In this document: piece after piece, positions 36,196 to 44,764 of the stretch
Position numbering within the stretch: the stretch's first letter is position 1
How the letters are laid out: each line of letters starts with the position of its first letter
DNA from: Bacteroidia bacterium
GTDB lineage: Bacteria > Bacteroidota > Bacteroidia > Chitinophagales > BACL12
Assembly: GCA_030432405.1 (NCBI GenBank)
Contig: JAUIHG010000001.1
Location: forward strand, 5,908-69,907
Reading direction: 5' to 3'
DNA length: 64,000 nt
Notes under the pieces: generated by a model
What the model was told of the DNA's origin: nothing
Seen by the model: the letters and a program-made list of their open reading frames with translations, nothing else
The model's database searches: none
Program-made: the position numbers and the translations under genes

Positions 36196-36708
36196 TTAAG
36201 CGTTGACCCTATTGAGCAGCTGAAGTTGATCGCTTTTTCGCTTCCTATACCAAATCAGCAAATACGCTAAAATCAAACCTAAAGCAGGCGTTACCACATC
36301 GCCCCATTCGACAAACTTGTAGTATGCCGTTACCGCAATCATGGGTAACGCAAATGCTCGGTAGGTTTTGCTTTTGGTCGTAGCAAAGGTGTAGGCCAAA
36401 AACAGGACATGGCCTGAATGGTATAGGTATCCAAGCATTCGCATACCCGTGAGCAAGAGCACTACAAGGTCGATTAATATCAACTCTATGTGATAGGCTC
36501 CCTCGTCATCAAGCCGTGCCCAAACCCAAACAAAAAACAAGAACACCATCGGCACCGAATAGATGATGGTGCCCTGGGCGACATCCGCAGCATCGTACAA
36601 CAGGGCATAGCCTAAGACCGTGGCCGTGAAGCCAAGGCCTACCACCCAACAGGCCATCCGCAACAGCGGCAAGATGGGCTTGAGGTCATCTCGGGAAAGC
36701 AAACGCAT
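36196..36708 (-). CDS. Hypothetical multi-pass membrane protein
   Basis: Lower-GC ORF (40-47% by hand count of two lines) with about 5 TM helices. I prefer ATG 36708 because the track start at 36765 is TTG. No family recognised. Confidence 0.5.
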   Translation of the reverse strand: MRLLSRDDLKPILPLLRMACWVVGLGFTATVLGYALLYDAADVAQGTIIYSVPMVFLFFVWVWARLDDEGAYHIELILIDLVVLLLTGMRMLGYLYHSGHVLFLAYTFATTKSKTYRAFALPMIAVTAYYKFVEWGDVVTPALGLILAYLLIWYRKRKSDQLQLLNRVNA

Positions 36709-36772
36709 AATCGGACGGGCGCAGGAAACACCTATGCTCCGCTGAAAAGATACAACGGCGATCAACCGCCCC

Positions 36773-39700
36773 TTACTCCGGCACCACCACCTCCTGCTCT
36801 AGCCCCAGCGCGGCGGACATGCCGTTGAGGATGCCGAAGGCTTGCTCCATGGAGCGGACGTTCTCGAAGCTGAGCTGCAGGCGGCCGCGGGCTTCCTTCA
36901 TGCGGCATTGGCCGGGATGCGACTGCACGTAGCGGATCAGGTTGCCGAAGAGCTTGCTCTCGTAATATGCGCTCTCCTGATTCTCGACAAAATAGCAGCG
37001 GAGCTTGCCTTGCTTGAAAATAATGCGCTCGAAGCCGAGCGAAACCGCCAGCCAACGCAAGCGCACGCCGTTGAACAGTTCCTCAACCTGACGCGGAATC
37101 GGGCCAAAGCGGTCCTCCAGTTTGGTGCGGAATTCGCCAAGGGCGGCCTCATCCGGAACATTGTCCAATTGCGTGTAAAGGCTCAGGCGCTCGTTGATGG
37201 CGTTGACGTAATTGTCCGGGATGAGCATCTCCACGTCGGTGTCGATCTGGCAATCGGTGACGTAGGCCTGCTTGCGCTCCAGCTCCTCGGCAAAGAGGTC
37301 CTTGAAATCGGTGGCCTTGAGGTCGGCGATGGCCTCGTCGAGGATCTTGTGATACATCTCAAAACCGACTTCGGCCAAAAAGCCGCTTTGCTCCCCGCCC
37401 AACAGATTGCCCGCACCGCGGATGTCCATGTCGCGCATGGCAATCTGGAAACCGCTGCCGAGGGCGGCGAACTCTTCGATCGTGCGCAGGCGCTTGCGGC
37501 TGTCTGAGGAAAGCGAATGCAGCGGCGGCGCAAAAAGGTAGCAGAAGGCCTTTTTGTTGGAGCGGCCCACCCGGCCGCGCAGCTGGTGCAGGTCGCTGAG
37601 GCCAAAGTTCTGCGCGTTGTGGATGATGATCGTGTTGGCGTTGGGGATGTCCAGACCGCTTTCCACGATGTTGGTACAGACCAGGATGTCGAACTGGCGG
37701 TTGATGAACTTGAGCATGCGCTCTTCCAGCACATGGCCTTCCAACTGTCCGTGTGCGATGCCCACATCCATGTCGGGCACCATGTTTTTGATCATGCCCG
37801 CGATCTGCTCGATGTCCTTGACCCTGTTGTGCACGAAATACACCTGGCCGCCGCGGTAGACTTCGTATTGGATGGCCTCGCGGATCAACTCCGGATCAAA
37901 GGGCTTGAGTTCGGTGTGGATCGGCTGGCGGTTGGGCGGCGGCGTATTGATGACGCTCAAATCGCGGGCCCCCATCAAAGAGAATTTGAGCGTTCGCGGA
38001 ATGGGCGTAGCCGTCAGCGTCAGCGAATCGACGTTGGCCTTGATTTTTTTGAGTTTGTCCTTGACCGCCACGCCGAATTTTTGCTCTTCGTCCACCACGA
38101 GCAGGCCCAGTTCCTTGAACTCGACCGCTTTGCCCACGATGGCGTGCGTGCCGATGAGGATGTCGGTTTCGCCGGAGGCGACCCGCGACAGCGTTTCTTT
38201 TTTCTTTTTCCCGGTCACAAAACGATTGAGCACTTCCACCTTGCAGGGGAAATCCGCCAGGCGGTCCTCGAAGGTTTTGTGGTGCTGCATGGCCAGGATG
38301 GTGGTGGGCACGAGCACGGCCACCTGCTTGGAATCCGCCACCGCCTTGAAGGCCGCGCGGATGGCCACTTCGGTTTTGCCAAAGCCCACATCGCCGCAGA
38401 CCAGGCGGTCCATCGGGCTGGAGGCCTCCATGTCGCGCTTGACGTCGTCGGTGGCCTTTTCCTGGTCCGGCGTGTCCTCGTAAATGAAACTGGCCTCCAG
38501 CTCGGTCTGCATGTAGCTGTCCGGTGAAAACGCAAATCCAACGGAGGCCTTGCGCTTGGCGTAGAGTTGGATGAGGTCTCGCGCAATGTCCTTGACCTTC
38601 TTGCGCGTGCGGCGCTTGAGGTTCTCCCAGGCGTCGCTGCCAAGCTTGTTGATTTTTGGCTCCTGCCCTTCCTTGCCGCTGAACTTGGCAATCTTGTGCA
38701 GGCTGTTGATCGGGACGTAGAGCAGGTCGTTGTCCCGATATACGAGGCGCACCGCTTCCTGCGGTTGTCCGTTGACGTCGATTTTTTCGAGGCCCGAGTA
38801 CTTGCCCACGCCGTGGTCGATGTGGGTCACGAAATCGCCGGGCCGCAATTCCCGGATGGCCTTCAGCGTCAGCGCTTCGGAGCGCGAATAGCCCCGGCGC
38901 ACGGCGTATTTGTGGTAACGCTCAAAGACCTGGTGGTCGGTGTAGGCAGCAATGCCTGCACCCCGATCGATAAACCCCGCGCTCAGCGGCGCGGCCACCG
39001 GCTGGTAATCGACGTAGTTGGTTTTGGAACGCACGGTCCGCTTGGCGCGCATCGGGCCGGAGGCCTCAGAAGGCACCTTGGCTTGGCTGCGTTCTTCATC
39101 GCGGAGGTCTTCGCCTTCCGGCGAAAACCCGCCCCGCAATTGGGCCTCCAAGCTGATGCCGCCCAGGTCGATGTCCTCCGGCAGGGATTCGGTGCGGCCC
39201 TTGTTTTCGGTTTTGGAGCCGGGTTTGGCACGGTCCGAAGCAGCACCGGGTCCGCCGGCAGCATCCGGAGCAATGCCCAATGCCTCGGCGTCCTGGGAAC
39301 CCGGCTCGGGCAGGGCACCCAAATCCGTGAAAATCTGGCGGAAGCGCTCGATCTGCCGGGCGTTGGAACAATAGAGGTAATTGTCCAGGCCTTCGTTGCT
39401 GTTGCGGCGCAGGTCCGCCAAAAGCAATTCGAAATTCTTGTTGAAGCTCGGCTGCGGTTCTGTATCAAAACGGACCTCCTCAGCATCCGGGAAACGCGAT
39501 TCCGGACCACACTCCAAGATGGGCAGTGTGGCCACATCCTCCAGCCATTCGGCCTGGGTGGTGAACAGGTCCTTGGCCTCGTAGCGGACCAGGGGATGCT
39601 GCTCGTCGGGTTTGGGCACCTTGCGCAGGGTTTCGGCCGCTTTGGTGGCTTTGTCCCAGCAGGTGCCCAGGCGCTCGGCCGCCAGACGGGCGTCGCGGAT

Positions 39701-40537
39701 CCAGAGCGTGGTGTTCGCCGGAAGGGCGGAAAGCAAATCCACTTTTTGCGCCTCGTCGAACTGCGTTTGCATGTTCGGCACGATGGTCACCCGCTCGATG
39801 CGGCGTGTGCTGAGTTGGCTTTCCGGATCAAAAATGCGGATGCTCTCCACCTCGTCGCCAAACAACTCGATGCGGTAGGGCAACTCGTTGCCGTAACTGA
39901 AAATGTCCACGATGCCGCCACGCACGGAAAAGTGGCCGGGCTCGTAGACAAAATCCACCGGCTTGAAGCCGTTTTCGACCAAAACGTCGAGAATGAATTC
40001 CGTATCCAGCGGCTCGCCCTTGGTGATGAACAGCGTGCGTGCTTCCAGCGCCTTGGGCGGCACGATGCGCTCGAACAGCGCCTCGGGATAGGTCACGATC
40101 AGCTCGCGGCGGGCGGCCCCCGGTTTGCCGCCACTCAACGCCGCATTGGACAGGCGGTTGACCGCCTCCGTTCGGAGCAGCACGTTGTGGGCGTTGACCT
40201 CGTCGTAGCGCGCCGGCTGCTTGAACGAATCGGGAATGAACAGCAGGTCCTTGCGGTCCAGCAAGGCCTGCAGGTCGTTGAGGAAATACGCCGCTTCCTC
40301 TTTGTCGTCCAGCACAAAAAGGTGGTGGCCGGCCTGGCCACAGGCGGGCTCGTGGTGCTTGATCATGGCCGCTGCCGCAACGGCTATGGCCGAACCAGTT
40401 CCGCCCGCCAGGTGGATCCGGGCGGGTTCATCGGGTTTGGCGTCGGGGCCTTTTGCCGCGGCCGACGCGAGCATTTCGGCTGCCCGCCGAAGCCGCTTGT
40501 CGTCGCGGTACCGGTCGAGCATGGAGGGCTTGTCCAT
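36773..40537 (-). CDS. mfd: Transcription-repair coupling factor Mfd
   Basis: 1254 aa. Walker A is GDVGFGKTEVA and the DEEQ box is VVDEEQKFGV. Helicase motifs are TLTATPIPRTL and QLHQLRGRVGRS. UvrB-homology and CarD-like (RID) regions are present. Confidence 0.95.
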   Translation of the reverse strand: MDKPSMLDRYRDDKRLRRAAEMLASAAAKGPDAKPDEPARIHLAGGTGSAIAVAAAAMIKHHEPACGQAGHHLFVLDDKEEAAYFLNDLQALLDRKDLLFIPDSFKQPARYDEVNAHNVLLRTEAVNRLSNAALSGGKPGAARRELIVTYPEALFERIVPPKALEARTLFITKGEPLDTEFILDVLVENGFKPVDFVYEPGHFSVRGGIVDIFSYGNELPYRIELFGDEVESIRIFDPESQLSTRRIERVTIVPNMQTQFDEAQKVDLLSALPANTTLWIRDARLAAERLGTCWDKATKAAETLRKVPKPDEQHPLVRYEAKDLFTTQAEWLEDVATLPILECGPESRFPDAEEVRFDTEPQPSFNKNFELLLADLRRNSNEGLDNYLYCSNARQIERFRQIFTDLGALPEPGSQDAEALGIAPDAAGGPGAASDRAKPGSKTENKGRTESLPEDIDLGGISLEAQLRGGFSPEGEDLRDEERSQAKVPSEASGPMRAKRTVRSKTNYVDYQPVAAPLSAGFIDRGAGIAAYTDHQVFERYHKYAVRRGYSRSEALTLKAIRELRPGDFVTHIDHGVGKYSGLEKIDVNGQPQEAVRLVYRDNDLLYVPINSLHKIAKFSGKEGQEPKINKLGSDAWENLKRRTRKKVKDIARDLIQLYAKRKASVGFAFSPDSYMQTELEASFIYEDTPDQEKATDDVKRDMEASSPMDRLVCGDVGFGKTEVAIRAAFKAVADSKQVAVLVPTTILAMQHHKTFEDRLADFPCKVEVLNRFVTGKKKKETLSRVASGETDILIGTHAIVGKAVEFKELGLLVVDEEQKFGVAVKDKLKKIKANVDSLTLTATPIPRTLKFSLMGARDLSVINTPPPNRQPIHTELKPFDPELIREAIQYEVYRGGQVYFVHNRVKDIEQIAGMIKNMVPDMDVGIAHGQLEGHVLEERMLKFINRQFDILVCTNIVESGLDIPNANTIIIHNAQNFGLSDLHQLRGRVGRSNKKAFCYLFAPPLHSLSSDSRKRLRTIEEFAALGSGFQIAMRDMDIRGAGNLLGGEQSGFLAEVGFEMYHKILDEAIADLKATDFKDLFAEELERKQAYVTDCQIDTDVEMLIPDNYVNAINERLSLYTQLDNVPDEAALGEFRTKLEDRFGPIPRQVEELFNGVRLRWLAVSLGFERIIFKQGKLRCYFVENQESAYYESKLFGNLIRYVQSHPGQCRMKEARGRLQLSFENVRSMEQAFGILNGMSAALGLEQEVVVPE

Positions 40538-40539
40538 CC

Positions 40540-40584
40540 GGCCGCAAAGATACGCCCGACATGGCTTCGGGCCATCTTGCGGCC
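40540..40584 (-). terminator. Long imperfect hairpin between the App1-like gene stop and the mfd start
   Basis: GGCCGCAAAGAT...ATCTTGCGGCC forms an outer stem of about 11 bp with one bulge. It encloses GCCCGA-catggct-TCGGGC (6 bp). No U-tract follows. The hairpin ends 3 nt from the mfd ATG. Confidence 0.4.
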
Positions 40585-40599
40585 GTACGCAAACACGGC

Positions 40600-41574
40600 C
40601 TATTGCTCCGGCGGATCCAACAATCCGATCTCCCGGGAATGCGCCAGGGCTTCAGTGCCGTTGCGGCAGCAGCAACAGGCCGTGCCTTGCGCTTCGATGC
40701 GCTTTTGGGCTGCCCGCGCCGCGGGCGAAGGCTCCCCCTTGATGGCGCGCAGGTACACCGCCTTGATGCGCCCCGGATGCTGCTCCACAAGCTCGGCGTA
40801 GAGCTCCGGGTCGCGCTGCGCGTCGTCGCCGAGCAATACAAAAGGGCGGTGCGGATAAAAGGCCAGCAGGTTGTCGATTTTGCTGGCCTTGTGGTCGTGG
40901 TCGCCTCCGCCCGTACCCAGAAAGTCCCGCAGGCTTGATTTGATTTTGCGCAGTTTGTACACCGCCTTCGGTAAACCCTGCAATTCCGAAAACTGATCGA
41001 TCAGGTTGTAGAGGTTCCACTCGCTGCTGGACACAAAAAACTGGGCATTCTGACCATTGGTGCGGCCTGCATCGCGCAGAGCGCGGTAATGCTCCACGGT
41101 GCCGGGGACGGCTTTTCGCTTGCCCACATTGCTGCCCAAAATCAAAAAGAGCTTTCGCCAGGTACTGGCGGAATGCGAAATCAAAAACGTGTCGTCGATA
41201 TCCGACACCAGGATCATGCCACCGGGTTCGGGCCACTGGAATTCGCCAAGGGCGGAAACGGTTTTCCCCCGGTGGCGCACCGTCACGTCCACCGGGTGCC
41301 AACCCGGCACCGGGTCGCGTCCGTGGTCCAATTCAAAACGGAAATAGCCGTCGGCCTCGGAATGCGTTTGTGCGGTTTCGCCCGCCCAGGACATAGTCAA
41401 ATCGGCGCCCTCCACGGTCTGCACGGTGAACAGGCGCAGCATGTTCAGCGCGTGGCGCAGCGGGCGGCGGTCCAGACGGATGCCTGCCGGCGAACGCTTC
41501 CCAAACACATGTCCCTCCAACACCAGCGTACGGTCGTTGGCATAGCCCCTGTATAGCTTGCAATGCATCGCCAT
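40600..41574 (-). CDS. App1-family (DUF2183) phosphatidate phosphatase-like protein
   Basis: 324 aa. The HAD-like motif is LVSDIDDTFLISH. Later motifs are FFVSSSEWNLYNLI and FVLLGDDAQRDPELY. The N-terminal beta-sandwich-like region reads YRGYANDRTLVLEGHVF. Confidence 0.75.
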   Translation of the reverse strand: MAMHCKLYRGYANDRTLVLEGHVFGKRSPAGIRLDRRPLRHALNMLRLFTVQTVEGADLTMSWAGETAQTHSEADGYFRFELDHGRDPVPGWHPVDVTVRHRGKTVSALGEFQWPEPGGMILVSDIDDTFLISHSASTWRKLFLILGSNVGKRKAVPGTVEHYRALRDAGRTNGQNAQFFVSSSEWNLYNLIDQFSELQGLPKAVYKLRKIKSSLRDFLGTGGGDHDHKASKIDNLLAFYPHRPFVLLGDDAQRDPELYAELVEQHPGRIKAVYLRAIKGEPSPAARAAQKRIEAQGTACCCCRNGTEALAHSREIGLLDPPEQ

Positions 41575-41611
41575 CTTTACGCGCGGATCGTTTTCTTTTC
41601 AAATCTGCTTC

Positions 41612-42487
41612 ATGCCCAAAGAAACCATATTGGCCGTCGTCAACCCGATTGCCGGAGACGTGGACAAATCCCCAATGGTGGACCATATCGCCGAGCGCCT
41701 TTCCGGCGAACACCCCTTCGAGGTCTACGAAACCACCGGGGACGCCGACGGCGAGGCCATTGCGCAGTGCGTCCAGGAACACAACCCGGGGCGCATCCTG
41801 GTGCTGGGCGGAGACGGTACGGTCAAAACCGTGGTGGAGGCGCTCGGGGAAAACCGCATTCCGCTGGGCATCGTTCCCACCGGGTCGGCCAACGGTCTGG
41901 CCACGGACCTAAACCTGCCTGAAGGCTGGGAAGCCGCGGTGGACGTGGCGCTCAACGGGCGCGAACAGGCCCTGGACGTGTTGCAACTCAACGGCCACAT
42001 GGGGCTGCACATCAGCGACGTGGGCCTGAACGCCGAGCTGATCTGCGGCTACGAAGGCTCCAATTTCCGCGGCCTGTTCGGCTATGCGCTGCAAAGCGTG
42101 CCCACCCTGATCAAAAGCGCGGCCCCCTGGTCGTTTCGCCTGCAGGCGAACGGCAAAACCCGGGACTTTGAGGCCGTTATGGTGGCCTTTGCCAACAGCC
42201 GCCGCTTTGGCACCGGCGCGGTGGTCAACCCCATCGGCCAAATCGACGACGGCCAATTTGAGGTGCTGCTGTTCAAAAAACTAGACCCCGCACGCATCCT
42301 CGAAACCATCCGCAACCAGGCCCCCATCGAATCCGATTTCCTGGACATCGTGCAAACCGACCAGGCTGTGCTCACCATGGAGCACCCCATCGCCTTTCAG
42401 GTGGATGGAGAGTTTCTCGGCGAAACGCGACGCGTAGAGGTGGGCATCGCGCCAAGGCGTGCGGTGGTGGTGGTGCCGAACGCGTAA
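41612..42487 (+). CDS. Diacylglycerol kinase-family lipid kinase (YegS/BmrU-like)
   Basis: I use the internal ATG at 41612 (MPKETILAVVNPIAGD). The catalytic-domain motifs are ILVLGGDGTVKTVVEAL and LGIVPTGSANGLA. Confidence 0.85.
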   Translation: MPKETILAVVNPIAGDVDKSPMVDHIAERLSGEHPFEVYETTGDADGEAIAQCVQEHNPGRILVLGGDGTVKTVVEALGENRIPLGIVPTGSANGLATDLNLPEGWEAAVDVALNGREQALDVLQLNGHMGLHISDVGLNAELICGYEGSNFRGLFGYALQSVPTLIKSAAPWSFRLQANGKTRDFEAVMVAFANSRRFGTGAVVNPIGQIDDGQFEVLLFKKLDPARILETIRNQAPIESDFLDIVQTDQAVLTMEHPIAFQVDGEFLGETRRVEVGIAPRRAVVVVPNA

Positions 42488-42501
42488 ATCCGCTGGGGTG
42501 G

Positions 42502-43473
42502 CTAGGTGTTGTTTTCGCTTTTCAGCGAAGGCATAAACAACTCCCCCAGCATGCAGCGTGCGCTGCCTCCGCCGAGGGCTTCGATGGCGTCGAGTTTGGG
42601 CCGCAACACCCGGGTACGCGCTTCCAGCAGCTCCCGCTGCTCGGGCAACAGCGCAGACCAGGCTTGCGCGGAACAGACGGTGATGGCATCGGCATCACCC
42701 GATGCCGTGCCGGAAACAGCGCGCAACTCCAGCATGTTTCCGGCAAAGCGTTCCATTTGGCGGAGGGTGATGGGCAGGAGGGTTTTGCCGTTGTTTTCCA
42801 GGCGTTCGCGCAGGCGCGCACGGTCATCAGGAACCACCGCCTCCAGGCAAACCACCGCCACCTTGGAACCGGCATGCATCAACACGTTGGTGTGGTAGAT
42901 GGGCTTCCCGGCGGCGTCCACCGCGTCAAAAAGCACTGGGGTGTAGCCAAAGCCTTCGGCCCAGGCCGAAACGAGCCGCTCGTCCGTGCGTGGACTGCGG
43001 CAGGCATAAACCACGCGCGCGGCGCGGTCCAGGACCAGCGAACCGGTCCCTTCCAAATACCGGCCCTCGGCCTCCTGGCCCGACCAGTCGAGCACCGATC
43101 CCATGCGCAGGCCCAGTGCTTCGGCCGCACCTTCAAGAGCTTCGATCCGCCGTTCCGTGCGCCGCAACGGCGACTGCATGGGATACAGGACCACCGTGCC
43201 GTCGGCGTGCGTGCTGAACCAGTTGTTGGGAAACAGCGCGTCGGGACTGGGGCAACCGCCGGCATCGTCTATATATACACGAATGCCGGCGCTCCGCAAG
43301 GCCTGCGCAAAGGCCTCAAACTCTTCCGCCGCCTGGGCCTGCAACGCGGCATAGCGGCGCTGCTCCGGGCTGTCGTTTTGGAACGCATTGCTTTCGGCGG
43401 TTTCCGGGTTCGCGCCAAAGCGCGAAGGCCGGACCAGCAGGACGGTGTCGGTGAAAAAGCGGTCGCGGTGCAC
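42502..43473 (-). CDS. Amidinotransferase-fold protein (arginine deiminase-related / CtlX-like citrulline utilisation hydrolase)
   Basis: GTG start at 43473. Motifs are VLLVRPSRFGANPETAESNAFQ, PDALFPNNWFSTH and IYHTNVLM. The C-terminal GGGSARCMLGE contains the catalytic Cys motif. Confidence 0.7.
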   Translation of the reverse strand: MHRDRFFTDTVLLVRPSRFGANPETAESNAFQNDSPEQRRYAALQAQAAEEFEAFAQALRSAGIRVYIDDAGGCPSPDALFPNNWFSTHADGTVVLYPMQSPLRRTERRIEALEGAAEALGLRMGSVLDWSGQEAEGRYLEGTGSLVLDRAARVVYACRSPRTDERLVSAWAEGFGYTPVLFDAVDAAGKPIYHTNVLMHAGSKVAVVCLEAVVPDDRARLRERLENNGKTLLPITLRQMERFAGNMLELRAVSGTASGDADAITVCSAQAWSALLPEQRELLEARTRVLRPKLDAIEALGGGSARCMLGELFMPSLKSENNT

Positions 43474-43558
43474 GCCCCGAAACTAGGGCAGGGTAGCATA
43501 GGGCTTGTCCTTTGCCGGTGTCGTTCAGCGGACCACGGCGCACAACCGTAGCGGCACT

Positions 43559-44047
43559 TCAGGAAGCCGTCGGCCGAAGGCGGATCGTGTCCGGCTTGCC
43601 GAACAATTCTTCGAGTTTGACGGTGCGGTAATCGAAAATCTGTTTGACCCGCGGTTCAACGATGGCGTTCGCCAGCGGCGCAAAAGGACCGCCGTACAGG
43701 GCGTAGTGCAGGTCGTCTTCCATCCACACGCCGCCGTCTTTCTCGGTGAAGCGGTGCAGGTGGTGCCAAAGCTTGTAGGGGCCGAAACGCTGCTCGTCCA
43801 CGAAGTATTCGCGGTCCACGCAATGGGTGATTTCCGTGGTCCAGCTCATCGGGATGTTCCAGATCGGGCGCACACGGTAGCGGATCAGTTGCCCGGCGAA
43901 GGTCTTGCGGTCGGCCCCTTCCAGGATCTCGAAGCGCATGTCCGGGGGCGTGATTTTGGCCAGGTTGCGCGGCGAGGAAAAGAAGTCCCAGGCTTCGTCG
44001 AGGGACAGCGGCAGCCATTGGGTGGTGTACAGGCGGTAGAGCTTCAC
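43559..44047 (-). CDS. SRPBCC (START/cyclase-dehydrase fold) family protein
   Basis: VKLYRLYTTQWLPLSLDEAWDFFSSPRNLAKITPP, then FVDEQRFGPYKLWHHLHRF. The track start at 44068 is TTG. GTG 44047 gives an N-terminus like homologs remembered as M-K-x-Y. Confidence 0.7.
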   Translation of the reverse strand: MKLYRLYTTQWLPLSLDEAWDFFSSPRNLAKITPPDMRFEILEGADRKTFAGQLIRYRVRPIWNIPMSWTTEITHCVDREYFVDEQRFGPYKLWHHLHRFTEKDGGVWMEDDLHYALYGGPFAPLANAIVEPRVKQIFDYRTVKLEELFGKPDTIRLRPTAS

Positions 44048-44197
44048 GGGTGCGGGTTTGGCATACAAACAGCGCAGGGCGGGTCTGGTTCGCGGGCGGG
44101 GGTTTGCGAGTGGGCATCGGCTCTATGTGGAAGCCGGGCCAGCTCTGCCCTGCGGGCGAAAGCCCTCCGTCATCCGTTGGGTCACCATACCGTCACA

Positions 44198-44262
44198 AAC
44201 GGGCTTTTCCGTTGTAAAACGGGTTTTTTAGTTGATCAACGGATAATTCCGTTATAGCTTTG
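44198..44262 (+). promoter_or_regulatory. Candidate BlaI operator (two AACGG/CCGTT inverted repeats) overlapping a Bacteroidota-type -7 element
   Basis: IR1 is AACGG-N6-CCGTT at 44198..44213. An extra half-site AACGG lies at 44218..44222. IR2 is AACGGA-taat-TCCGTT at 44238..44253. TAGCTTTG at 44255..44262 matches the TAnnTTTG -7 consensus. The blaI ATG is at 44348. Confidence 0.4.
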
Positions 44263-44347
44263 GCGTTGTGGATGGGCATTCGCCGGACAGGCGGACCGGC
44301 CCAGAGGTTGGATCTCCGTTCCAGCTCCACTCAAGCAACCGCGCACC

Positions 44348-44764
44348 ATGCAACAACTCACCCGCACCGAAGAGGACATCATGCAACGGATCTGGGACCA
44401 CGGCCCGGTGTTCGTGCGCGAGCTCATTGAGGCCATGCCCGAGCCCAAGCCCAATTACAACACCATCTCCTCGGTGGTGCGCATCCTGGAGCAAAAGGGT
44501 TTTGTGGGGCACGAGGCCTTCGGCAAGAGCCATCGCTACCACGCCATTGTGCCCAAGTCCGCCTACCGGCGAAGAAGTTTCCGCCGCCTGTTGCAGGACT
44601 ACTTCGACGGGTCGCACGCGGCCATGCTGCAGTTTTTCAGCAAGGAAGAAGGCCTGGATGCGGCCGAGCTGCAGCGGATGCTGGAGGCCTTGCCGGAAGA
44701 GGATGGCGGTGCAGCCGACCGCAGCACGGATGCTTCCAACACCCCAAAATCGGACGCGCCATGA
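44348..44764 (+). CDS. blaI: BlaI/MecI/CopY family transcriptional repressor
   Basis: 138 aa. MQQLTRTEEDIMQRIWDHGPVFVRELIEAMPEPKPNYNTISSVVRILEQKGFVGHEAFGKSHRYHA is the winged-helix Penicillinase_R pattern. Confidence 0.9.
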   Translation: MQQLTRTEEDIMQRIWDHGPVFVRELIEAMPEPKPNYNTISSVVRILEQKGFVGHEAFGKSHRYHAIVPKSAYRRRSFRRLLQDYFDGSHAAMLQFFSKEEGLDAAELQRMLEALPEEDGGAADRSTDASNTPKSDAP

